Assembly: GCA_963805625.1 (NCBI GenBank)
Contig: CAWDVE010000010.1
Coordinates: 256,001 to 320,000 of the forward strand
Origin: an uncultured Candidatus Rokubacteria bacterium
Lineage (GTDB): Bacteria; Methylomirabilota; Methylomirabilia; Rokubacteriales; DASRDR01
Length of the DNA stretch: 64,000 bases
Direction of reading: 5' to 3'
Shown: positions 13,450-23,245 of the stretch, one piece after another
Position numbering within the stretch: the first letter of the stretch is position 1
Layout of the letters: every line of letters starts with the position of its first letter
The notes under the pieces: generated by a model
Seen by the model: only the letters and a program-made list of their open reading frames with translations
Told to the model about the DNA's origin: nothing
The model's database searches: none
Position numbers and translations under genes: made by a program

Positions 13450-13968
13450 ATGGCTGGCACCGCTCCCTCCGCCAAGCCTCGCCTTCGGGCTCCCGGGCGA
13501 CGCGTGGCGATCGTGGCCTCGCGCTTTCACGAGGACATCAGCGAGCGCCTCGTGGCCGGCGCGCGCGCCGCGCTCCTGCGTCACGGTGTCCGGGAGGGCG
13601 ACATGCGCATCATCTGGGTGCCGGGCGCCTTCGAGCTGCCCCAGGCCGCGGGGCGCCTCGCCGGCGCCGGAGATGTCGATGCCCTGGTGTGCGTCGGCTG
13701 CGTGATCCGCGGGGAGACGCCGCACTTCGAGTACGTGGCGGGCGAGGCTGCCCGTGGCATCTCGGAGGTGGGACGGTCGACCGGTGTGCCGACCACGTTC
13801 GGCCTGATCACGGCCAACACGCGGGAACAGGCGGAGGCGCGGGCGGGCGGCGCCGTCGGCAACCGGGGCGAGGAGGCGGCCCTCGCGGCGCTCGAGCTCC
13901 TGATGCTGTTCGCGGACCTCCGGCGCTCGAAGCGGCGGCGAGCGCCCGCGCGGCGGCGCACGCGCTAG
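13450..13968 (+). CDS. ribH: 6,7-dimethyl-8-ribityllumazine synthase
   Basis: WVPGAFELP, IRGETPHFEYV. Confidence 0.96.
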   Translation: MAGTAPSAKPRLRAPGRRVAIVASRFHEDISERLVAGARAALLRHGVREGDMRIIWVPGAFELPQAAGRLAGAGDVDALVCVGCVIRGETPHFEYVAGEAARGISEVGRSTGVPTTFGLITANTREQAEARAGGAVGNRGEEAALAALELLMLFADLRRSKRRRAPARRRTR

Positions 13969-13971
13969 GCC

Positions 13972-14382
13972 GTGGGGCGCCGGCGCCAGGCTCGCGAGTT
14001 CGCGCTCCAGCTCCTCTACGAGCTGGATGTCCGGGGTGACTCGGATCCCGGGCCCGTGATCGACGCGTTCTGGCGACGGCAGCCGGCTCACGACGAGGTG
14101 CGGATGTTCGCCGACGCCCTGGTCCGAGGCGTCAAGGCCCACCAGCCCAAGATCGACGAGCTGATCGCGAGGTTCGCCGAGCACTGGGAGCTCGACCGGA
14201 TGGCGGTGGTGGACCGGAACCTCCTGCGGGCCGGGATCTGGGAGCTGCTCTGGGGCGCCGACGTCCCGCCCAAGGTCGCCATCAACGAGGCGCTCGAGAT
14301 CGCGCGGCGCTTCTCGACCGAGGAGTCTACCCGCTTCGTCAACGGGCTCCTCGACCGGGTGCGGCGGGAGCTCTGCCCGTAG
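13972..14382 (+). CDS. nusB: transcription antitermination factor NusB
   Basis: RRRQAREFALQLLY, VDRNLLR, VAINEALEIA, FVNGLLD; follows ribH. Confidence 0.96.
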   Translation: MGRRRQAREFALQLLYELDVRGDSDPGPVIDAFWRRQPAHDEVRMFADALVRGVKAHQPKIDELIARFAEHWELDRMAVVDRNLLRAGIWELLWGADVPPKVAINEALEIARRFSTEESTRFVNGLLDRVRRELCP

Positions 14383-14402
14383 GGTCGCTCCCTCGACCGC
14401 AG

Positions 14403-15956
14403 GTGATGGGCGTCGGCCCCGTCGCGGCGGGCGACGCCCGGCCGGCCGAGCGCGCGCGGCGACTCGTCGTCGCGGCGGTCGCCGGCTTTGCCATGCACCT
14501 GGCGTTTCCCCGGCCGGGCTGGGATCTCTTGGGGTGGGCCGCTCTCGCGCCGGTGCTTGCCCTGGCGGCCACGGCCGCCACGCCCCGGCGGGCCTTCCTC
14601 GAGGGCTGGGTGGCGGGCCTGGTCTTCTACCTCCCGCTCCTGCGCTGGTTGACCCACACGATGACGACCTTCTCCACGATGACCATGCCGATCGCCGTCC
14701 TCGTCCTCCTCGCGCTCGCGGGCTACCTCGCGCTTTTCTGGGGCGGCGTGGCGTGGGGGCTCGCCTGGTTTCGGGGACGGCTCGGCGCCGGAGCGCTCTG
14801 GCTCGCGCCCGCGCTGTGGGTGGTGGGAGAGCTGGGACGCACCTACTTGCTCGGCGGGTTCCCGTGGGGCCTTCTCGGCTACGTTCCGTCGCGGCGCCTC
14901 CTCGTGATCCAGATCGCGGCGTGGACCGGCGTGTACGGTGTGTCCGCCCTCCTGGTGCTGGTCAACACCGCGCTCGCGTGGGCTGCGGTCGAAAGGCGCT
15001 GGCGGGCGGCCGGGCTCTCCCTCGCCGGCGCGGCGGTGGTCGGCACGCTCCTGGTGGGCCATGCGCATCTCGCGCCGGTGGACGCGCCGACGCTGCCGAT
15101 CGCCGTGGTGCAGGGGAACATCCCGCAATCCGTGAAGTGGGACGCCGCGTTCAAGGCGGAGACGCTTCGCATCTACGGCGAGCTGACGCGCGCCGTCGCC
15201 CCCGGAAGCCGGCTCGTGGTGTGGCCGGAGGCCGCCGTGCCCGCCTACGTCCGCTTCGAGCCGGACGCGCTGCGCTGGCTGACCGATCTGGCGGCTGGAG
15301 TGCGCGTCCCGCTCCTCGTCGGCGTGCCCGACGCGGAGACCGACGGGCGCAGAGTGCGCTACCTGAACAGCGCCTTCCTGGTGGAGTCGGCGGGCGTGCG
15401 CGCACGCTATGATAAGATGCACTTGGTGCCGTTCGGGGAATACGTGCCCCTGAAGCGGCTCCTCTTTTTCGTGGAGGCGATCGCCGCCGAGATCGGGGAC
15501 TTCACGCCCGGCCGGCAGGTGACGATTCTCCCGCTGGAGGGCACGCCGTTCGGCACGGTCATCTGCTACGAGGTCATCTTCCCCGGTCTGTTCCGGCGGT
15601 TCGTCGCGGAGGGCGCGAGCTTCATGACCAACATCACCAATGATGCGTGGTTCGGCGACTCGGGCGGCCCGCTGCAGCATCTGGCGATGGTGCCGCTCCG
15701 GGCTGTCGAGAACCGGATCGCGATCGTGCGCGCCGCCAACACCGGCGTGTCGGCGTTCGTGCTTCCGTCTGGGGCGATCCAGAGCATCCTGCCGCTCGGA
15801 GTTCGGGGCACCCTTCGGGCCGAGGTGCCGGTCCGGCGCGGGTACACCTTCTACGCGCGCTTCGGCGACGTCTTCGCCTACGCCTGCGCGGCGATATCGG
15901 GCGCCGCTCTCGTGGGCGGCCTCGCCGCGGGCCGGCGGAGCTCGCGCCGTGCTTAG
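14403..15956 (+). CDS. lnt: apolipoprotein N-acyltransferase
   Basis: multiple TMs, GFPW, VQGNI, WPE, YDKMHLVPFGEYVP, ICYE, NDAWF, RAANTGVS. Confidence 0.96.
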   Translation: MMGVGPVAAGDARPAERARRLVVAAVAGFAMHLAFPRPGWDLLGWAALAPVLALAATAATPRRAFLEGWVAGLVFYLPLLRWLTHTMTTFSTMTMPIAVLVLLALAGYLALFWGGVAWGLAWFRGRLGAGALWLAPALWVVGELGRTYLLGGFPWGLLGYVPSRRLLVIQIAAWTGVYGVSALLVLVNTALAWAAVERRWRAAGLSLAGAAVVGTLLVGHAHLAPVDAPTLPIAVVQGNIPQSVKWDAAFKAETLRIYGELTRAVAPGSRLVVWPEAAVPAYVRFEPDALRWLTDLAAGVRVPLLVGVPDAETDGRRVRYLNSAFLVESAGVRARYDKMHLVPFGEYVPLKRLLFFVEAIAAEIGDFTPGRQVTILPLEGTPFGTVICYEVIFPGLFRRFVAEGASFMTNITNDAWFGDSGGPLQHLAMVPLRAVENRIAIVRAANTGVSAFVLPSGAIQSILPLGVRGTLRAEVPVRRGYTFYARFGDVFAYACAAISGAALVGGLAAGRRSSRRA

Positions 15957-17044
15957 CGAGCTCCGGCGCGAGCTCTCGGACGTCGAGCGGCGGCTCGACG
16001 ACCTCCGGGGGCATCTTTGACCTCGCCTCGAAAGAGACGCGCATCGCCGCCATCGACGCGGAGATGGCGAGCGCGGGATTCTGGGACGACACGCGGCGCG
16101 CCCAGGGGCTCGTCCGCGAGCGCAATGACCTCTCGCGCCTGGTCGGACGGACGGGGGAGCTTGCGCGCGAGCTCGGAGACATCCGCACCCTCTGGGAGAT
16201 GGCGCTCGAGGAGGGTGACGAGAGTCTCGAGTCGGAGATCCAGTCGAGCCTCCAGCGCCTTCGCAAGGAGCTGCACGACTTCGAGCTGACCGTCGTCCTG
16301 TCCGGAGATCACGACCGGAAGAATGCCATCTTCTCCATCCACGCCGGGGCTGGTGGCACCGAGTCGCAGGACTGGGCGCAGATGCTCCTCCGCATGTACA
16401 CCCGCTGGACGGAGCGGCGCGGCTACAAGGTCGAGGTGGTCGACATGCTCCCGGGCGATGAGGCCGGGATCAAGTCGGCGACGCTCGAGATCACCGGCGA
16501 GTACGCCTACGGGTATCTGAAAGGCGAGACCGGGGTCCACCGGCTGGTGCGGATCTCGCCCTTCGACGCCGCCAAGCGCCGGCACACGTCCTTCGCGTCG
16601 GTCTCGGTCATGCCGGAAGTCGAGGACATCGAGGTCGTCGTCCGGGACGACGAGCTTCGCGTGGACGTCTTCCGGTCGTCCGGCCCCGGCGGCCAGGGCG
16701 TCAACACGGCGGACTCAGCCGTGCGGATCACCCATCTGCCCTCGGGGATCGTGGTGTCGTGCCAGAATGAGCGCTCGCAGCTCCGGAACCGCGACACCGC
16801 CATGCGGGTGCTCCGGGCGCGGCTCTACCAGATCGCGGACCAGAAGCGGAAGACAGAGCTCGACCAGCTGACTGGGGACAAGAAGGACATCGCGTTCGGG
16901 AGCCAGATCCGCTCGTACGTGTTTGCCCCTTACCAGCTGATCAAGGACCACCGGACGAATGTGGAGATCGGCAACGTGGATGCGGTGATGGACGGCGACA
17001 TCGATCCGTTCATCGAGGCGTTCCTGTTCTCGGGGCGGAAGTAG
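15949..17044 (+). CDS. prfB: peptide chain release factor 2 (programmed +1 frameshift at 16015-16021)
   Basis: GTG-initiated 23-codon ORF ending CTT TGA C, continuing in +1 frame as DLASKE...; SPF and GGQ motifs. Confidence 0.96.
16007..16021 (+). promoter_or_regulatory. RF2 autoregulatory frameshift cassette
   Basis: GGGGG-cat-CTTTGAC: internal SD 3 nt before the slippery CUU-UGA-C site. Confidence 0.93.
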
Positions 17045-17052
17045 AGACGACC

Positions 17053-18609
<1,557 letters not shown>

Positions 18610-18613
18610 CCCC

Positions 18614-19849
18614 ATGGGGTCCAAGGCACGTGGACTGCCCTTCGAGCTCCTCATCGGGCTCCGGTACCTCCGGTCGAAGGGCGGGCGTGGGTTCCTCTCC
18701 CTCCTCACGCTGATCGCGATGACCGGGATGGCGATCGGGGTCATGGCGCTCATCGTGGTCCTGGCGGTCATGTCGGGTTTCGAAGACGAGCTGCGGAGCA
18801 AGATCCTGGGGACGACCTCGCACATCCTCGTGATGGACGCGGGCGGCCGCGGCATCGAGGATCCCACGCGCGCCCTGGGGCTCATCCGGGCGCACCCTGA
18901 CGTCCGGTCCGCGGCGCCGTTCGTCCTGCAGCAGGTGATGCTGTCGCACGGGGAGTACGCGACGGGCGTGGTGCTGCGGGGGATCGATCCGGAGGCCGAG
19001 CGGCGGGAGCTCCAGCAACGGGTGAAGCAGGGGAGCCTGGCCGATCTCGCGGGCCCGGAGGCGACGATCGCTCTCGGCCGTGAGCTGGCGCGGACACTCG
19101 GGGCGTTCGTCGGCGACACGGTGGTCGCGATCTCGCCCCGCGGCGCGGTCACGGCGGTCGGGACCATCCCCAAGATGCGCCCCCTCCGCGTCGTCGCCAT
19201 CTTCGAGATCGGCCTCTACGAGTACGACTCCGCGCTCGCGTACACTTCCATCGCGACGTCGCAGCAGTTTGCGGATCTGGGGGGGCGAGTGTCCGGCATC
19301 GAGGTTCGCCTGGCCGACGTCTACCGGGCACGCCGGGTGTCCCGGGAGCTCGGCTCGACGCTGGGCTTGCCCTACTGGACCCGGGACTGGACCGAGATGA
19401 ACCGCAACCTCTTCTCGGCGATCCAGCTCGAGAAGATGGCGATGTTCGTGATCCTGACGCTGATCATCTTCGTGGCCGCGTTTGCGATCATCAGCCACCT
19501 CATCCTGATGGTCGCCGAGAAGCGCCGGGAGATCGGCGTGCTCCGCGCGCTCGGGGCCTCTGGCCGCAGCATCACGCTCGTGTTCATGGCCGAGGGGGTG
19601 CTGATCGGGCTGGTCGGGACCGTGGTGGGAACGGTCCTTGGTCTCACGATCGGACTCGTCCAGGACCGGTACCACCTCGTGAAGATCCCCGGTGACGTGT
19701 ACCAGCTCTCGGAGCTTCCGATGAAGATGCACCCGCCGGAGATGATCTTGATCGCGGTAGCGGCCCTGGGCCTCTCCTTCCTGGCGACGATCTATCCCTC
19801 GCGCCAGGCCGCCCGCCTCCACCCGGTGGACGTGCTCCGGTATGAGTGA
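18614..19849 (+). CDS. lolE: lipoprotein-releasing ABC permease LolC/E
   Basis: GVMALIVVLAVMSGF, large periplasmic loop, [21 protein letters not shown]. Confidence 0.92.
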   Translation: MGSKARGLPFELLIGLRYLRSKGGRGFLSLLTLIAMTGMAIGVMALIVVLAVMSGFEDELRSKILGTTSHILVMDAGGRGIEDPTRALGLIRAHPDVRSAAPFVLQQVMLSHGEYATGVVLRGIDPEAERRELQQRVKQGSLADLAGPEATIALGRELARTLGAFVGDTVVAISPRGAVTAVGTIPKMRPLRVVAIFEIGLYEYDSALAYTSIATSQQFADLGGRVSGIEVRLADVYRARRVSRELGSTLGLPYWTRDWTEMNRNLFSAIQLEKMAMFVILTLIIFVAAFAIISHLILMVAEKRREIGVLRALGASGRSITLVFMAEGVLIGLVGTVVGTVLGLTIGLVQDRYHLVKIPGDVYQLSELPMKMHPPEMILIAVAALGLSFLATIYPSRQAARLHPVDVLRYE

Positions 19850-20585
19850 GACCGAGGGGTCTCCCGGTCCCGAGCGCCCGCGCAGCGCCGATCTCAGTGG
19901 CGAGCGGACCCCGCTGCTGGTCGCCGAGGGGGTCGAGAAGGAATACCGCAGCAAGGCCGAGCCCCTGCGCGTGCTCAAGGGCGTGAACCTGACCGTACAC
20001 GAGGCCGAGCTGGTCGCGGTGGTGGGAGCTTCGGGTGTCGGCAAGTCGACGCTGCTCCACGTCCTGGGGGCGCTGGACCGCCCCACCGTCGGATCGGTGT
20101 GGTTCCGCGGCCAGGACCTCTTCGCGCGATCCGAGGCGGAGCTGACCCGTTTCCGACGTGAGGAGGTCGGCTTCGTCTTCCAACTCTACAATCTGCTGAC
20201 GGATTTCACTGCGCTCGAGAATGCGATGCTCCCGGCGCTCATCCAGCGCCGGCCCGCGGCGGAGGCCCGCAGCCTGGCCATGGACGCCCTCCGGGAGGTG
20301 GGACTCCTCGAGCGTGTCGCCCACCGACCCGGCGAGCTGTCCGGGGGTGAGCAGCAGCGCGTCGCCCTAGCGAGGGCGCTCGTGGGCCGGCCGGCCATGG
20401 TCCTGGCCGACGAGCCCACCGGCAATCTCGATCCCAAGACGAGCCAGGACGTCTTCGAGCTGTTCGCCCGTCTTCAGGCCGAGCGCGGGGTGGCCTTCGT
20501 CATCGCCACGCACAACCTGGACCTGGCGCGGCGCGCCGACCGCGTCGTCCGGCTCGTGGACGGGCGCGCGATCATCGAGGCCTGA
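19842..20585 (+). CDS. lolD: lipoprotein-releasing ABC ATPase LolD
   Basis: [25 protein letters not shown]; follows lolE. Confidence 0.92.
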   Translation: MSETEGSPGPERPRSADLSGERTPLLVAEGVEKEYRSKAEPLRVLKGVNLTVHEAELVAVVGASGVGKSTLLHVLGALDRPTVGSVWFRGQDLFARSEAELTRFRREEVGFVFQLYNLLTDFTALENAMLPALIQRRPAAEARSLAMDALREVGLLERVAHRPGELSGGEQQRVALARALVGRPAMVLADEPTGNLDPKTSQDVFELFARLQAERGVAFVIATHNLDLARRADRVVRLVDGRAIIEA

Positions 20586-20678
20586 CGCCCACCCGATTCC
20601 GGGGGGTCGTACGGGGGCCAATCCCCTCTAAGTACCGGTCGGATGGTTGAAAATTTCCATGGCGTCTTCTCGGGCCAT

Positions 20679-20690
20679 GTATAATGACGC
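20679..20690 (+). promoter_or_regulatory. consensus -10 (TATAAT) upstream of clpC
   Basis: TATAAT at 20680-20685 in an AT-richer intergenic region; SD GGAGGAGG before GTG 20778. Confidence 0.6.
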
Positions 20691-20777
20691 TCGGGAGTTG
20701 GCGAGCGCGTCCACTACCGATAAAGGGGCGCTTCGCCCGGCCGCCTGGCGCCAGGACGCCGGGCTGGAGGAGGCCAC

Positions 20778-23219
20778 GTGTTCGAGAGATTCACCGAGCG
20801 TGCGCGACGCGTCATCATCCTGGCCCGCGAGGAAGCCGGCCGATTCCGGCACGACTTCGTAGGGACCGAGCACATCCTGCTCGGGCTGATCCGTGACGGG
20901 GAGGGAATCGCGACGGCGGTTCTCCAGCGCCTGGGGCTCCGTCTCGAGACCGTCAAGAGCGAGGTCGAGCGGGCGCTGGCCGGATTCCCAAAGACGCTCA
21001 CGTTTGGCGAGGTCCCGTTCACGCCTCAGGCCAAGCGGGTGCTGGAGCTGTCGATCGAGGAAGCGCGCCAGCTCGGGCACAATTACATCGGTACCGAGCA
21101 CCTCCTTCTCGGCGTGATGAAGGAGGGGCAGTCGATCGCGGCCAAGATCCTCGAGTCGCTCGGCGCGCGGCTCGATGAGGTCCGCCAGGAGACGCTCGCG
21201 CTCCTGGGCGACCAGTACTACCCGCGGCCGAAGAAGCGAAGCCAGACGCCGGTCCTCGACGAGTTCGCGCGCGATCTGACCCAGTTCGCCCGTGACAGCA
21301 AGCTCGACCCGGTGATCGGGCGCGAGACGGAGATCGAGCGGGTCATCCAGATCCTCTCCCGCCGCACCAAGAACAACCCTGTCCTGATCGGCGAGCCCGG
21401 CGTGGGGAAGACGGCGATCGTCGAGGGGCTTGCCCAGAAGATCATCAACCACGACGTGCCGGACGTGCTCGTCGGCAAGCGGCTGCTCCAGCTCGACCTG
21501 GGCGCCTTGGTCGCGGGCACGAAGTACCGCGGCCAGTTCGAGGAGCGCCTGAAGGCCGTCATGAAGGAGATCCGGCAGTCGGAGAACGTGATCCTCTTCC
21601 TGGACGAGCTGCACACGCTGATCGGAGCTGGCGCGGCCGAGGGCGCGATCGACGCCTCGAACATGCTCAAGCCGGCGCTCTCTCGCGGCGAGATCCAGTG
21701 CATCGGGGCCACGACCCTCGACGAGTACCGGAAGCACATCGAGAAGGACGGTGCCCTCGAGCGACGGTTCCAGCCCATCATCGTGCGGGCCCCGTCGGTC
21801 CAGGAGGCGGTCGAGATCATCAAGGGTCTCCGGCCGAAGTACGAGGCGCATCATCGCGTGAAGATCAGCGACGCGGCGATCGACCTCGCGGTGAAGCTGG
21901 CCGACCGCCATATCACCGAGCGCCACCTTCCCGACAAGGCGATCGACGTGATCGACGAGGCGGCGAGCCGGACGCGGCTCCAGGCCATGACGCCGCCGGC
22001 GACGATCAAGGAGCTCGAGAAAGAGATCGAGCGGGTCGTCCGCGAGAAAGACATGTTCCTGGAGGCGCAGGAGTTCGAGAAGGCCGCCTCGCTCCGCGAG
22101 AAGGAAAAGGCGCTCCGGGGCCGCGAAGAAGAGCTCAAGCGCGAGTGGGAGAAGAACAAGAACCGGCAGACCCAGGTCGTGGGCGAGCAGGACATCGAGT
22201 ACATCGTGTCCCGTTGGACCGGGATCCCGCTCTCGCGGCTCGAGGAGAAGGAGTCGGCGAAGCTGGCCCGCATGGAGGAGTCGCTCCACGCGCGGGTCGT
22301 GGGCCAGGATGACGCGATCCGGGCGGTCTCCCGGGCGATCCGGCGCTCGAGAGCCGGCCTCAAGGATGCGAAGCGGCCGGTAGGCTCGTTCATCTTCCTC
22401 GGGCCGACCGGCGTGGGGAAAACGGAGCTCGCGCGGGCCCTGGCAGAGTTCCTCTTCGGCGACGAGAACGCGCTGATCCGCGTCGACATGTCCGAATACA
22501 TGGAGAAGTTCTCGGTCTCTCGCCTCTTGGGGGCCCCCCCCGGCTACGTCGGGTACGAGGAGGGTGGGTACCTCACGGAGAAGGTGCGGCGGCGCCCCTA
22601 CTCGGTCGTGCTGTTCGACGAGATCGAGAAAGCGCACCCGGACGTGTTCAACATGCTGCTCCAGGTGCTGGACGACGGCCGCTTGACTGACTCTCTCGGG
22701 CACGTCGTGGACTTCAAGAACACCATTCTGATCATGACGTCCAACCTCGGGACGGCCTTGATCGGCAAGCGCACCAGCCCGGGCTTCCTGTCGGCGTCGG
22801 CCGAAGACACCTACGACCGGATGAAGGACCGGGTGCTCGACGAGCTCAAGCGGGCCTTCCGTCCGGAGTTCCTCAACCGGATCGACGAAGTGATCGTGTT
22901 CCACTCGCTGAGCGAGGAGCACATCCGAGGCATCGTGCAGCTCATGCTCGATCGCGTGAACCGGCAGCTCGAGGAGCGGGCGATCCGAGTCGGTCTGTCC
23001 CCCGAGGCCGTGAACTTCCTGATCGAGAAGGGCTTCGACGCGACCTACGGCGCGCGGCAACTCCGGCGCATCATCCAGAAGCACATCGAGGATCCGCTCG
23101 CGGAATCCATCATCGCCGGCCGGGTCCAGGACGGAGTCCAGATCGAGGTCCGGGTCCAAGGTGAGGGGCTCATCTTCGAGCCAGTCTCCGAGCCTACACT
23201 GAGCCTGGCGGAGCGCTGA
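20778..23219 (+). CDS. clpC: ATP-dependent Clp protease ATPase subunit ClpC
   Basis: [12 protein letters not shown], two Clp-N repeats, GEPGVGKT and [11 protein letters not shown] middle coil, PGF loop. Confidence 0.96.
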   Translation: MFERFTERARRVIILAREEAGRFRHDFVGTEHILLGLIRDGEGIATAVLQRLGLRLETVKSEVERALAGFPKTLTFGEVPFTPQAKRVLELSIEEARQLGHNYIGTEHLLLGVMKEGQSIAAKILESLGARLDEVRQETLALLGDQYYPRPKKRSQTPVLDEFARDLTQFARDSKLDPVIGRETEIERVIQILSRRTKNNPVLIGEPGVGKTAIVEGLAQKIINHDVPDVLVGKRLLQLDLGALVAGTKYRGQFEERLKAVMKEIRQSENVILFLDELHTLIGAGAAEGAIDASNMLKPALSRGEIQCIGATTLDEYRKHIEKDGALERRFQPIIVRAPSVQEAVEIIKGLRPKYEAHHRVKISDAAIDLAVKLADRHITERHLPDKAIDVIDEAASRTRLQAMTPPATIKELEKEIERVVREKDMFLEAQEFEKAASLREKEKALRGREEELKREWEKNKNRQTQVVGEQDIEYIVSRWTGIPLSRLEEKESAKLARMEESLHARVVGQDDAIRAVSRAIRRSRAGLKDAKRPVGSFIFLGPTGVGKTELARALAEFLFGDENALIRVDMSEYMEKFSVSRLLGAPPGYVGYEEGGYLTEKVRRRPYSVVLFDEIEKAHPDVFNMLLQVLDDGRLTDSLGHVVDFKNTILIMTSNLGTALIGKRTSPGFLSASAEDTYDRMKDRVLDELKRAFRPEFLNRIDEVIVFHSLSEEHIRGIVQLMLDRVNRQLEERAIRVGLSPEAVNFLIEKGFDATYGARQLRRIIQKHIEDPLAESIIAGRVQDGVQIEVRVQGEGLIFEPVSEPTLSLAER

Positions 23220-23245
23220 CCTTCCGGTTCCCGTTCGCCCGGGGA

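Noticed and set aside
20647-20680. Sigma32-like promoter (TTGAAA...CCATNT) before clpC
   Set aside because: Spacing of about 20 nt is too long; no CtsR or CIRCE repeat seen either.
20628-23159. Long minus-strand ORFs (843 aa here; also 12082-14184, 17077-19200, 52475-54364, 58037-60595)
   Set aside because: They mirror well-supported + strand genes and carry no recognisable motifs; stop-free antisense frames are expected with extreme GC3.
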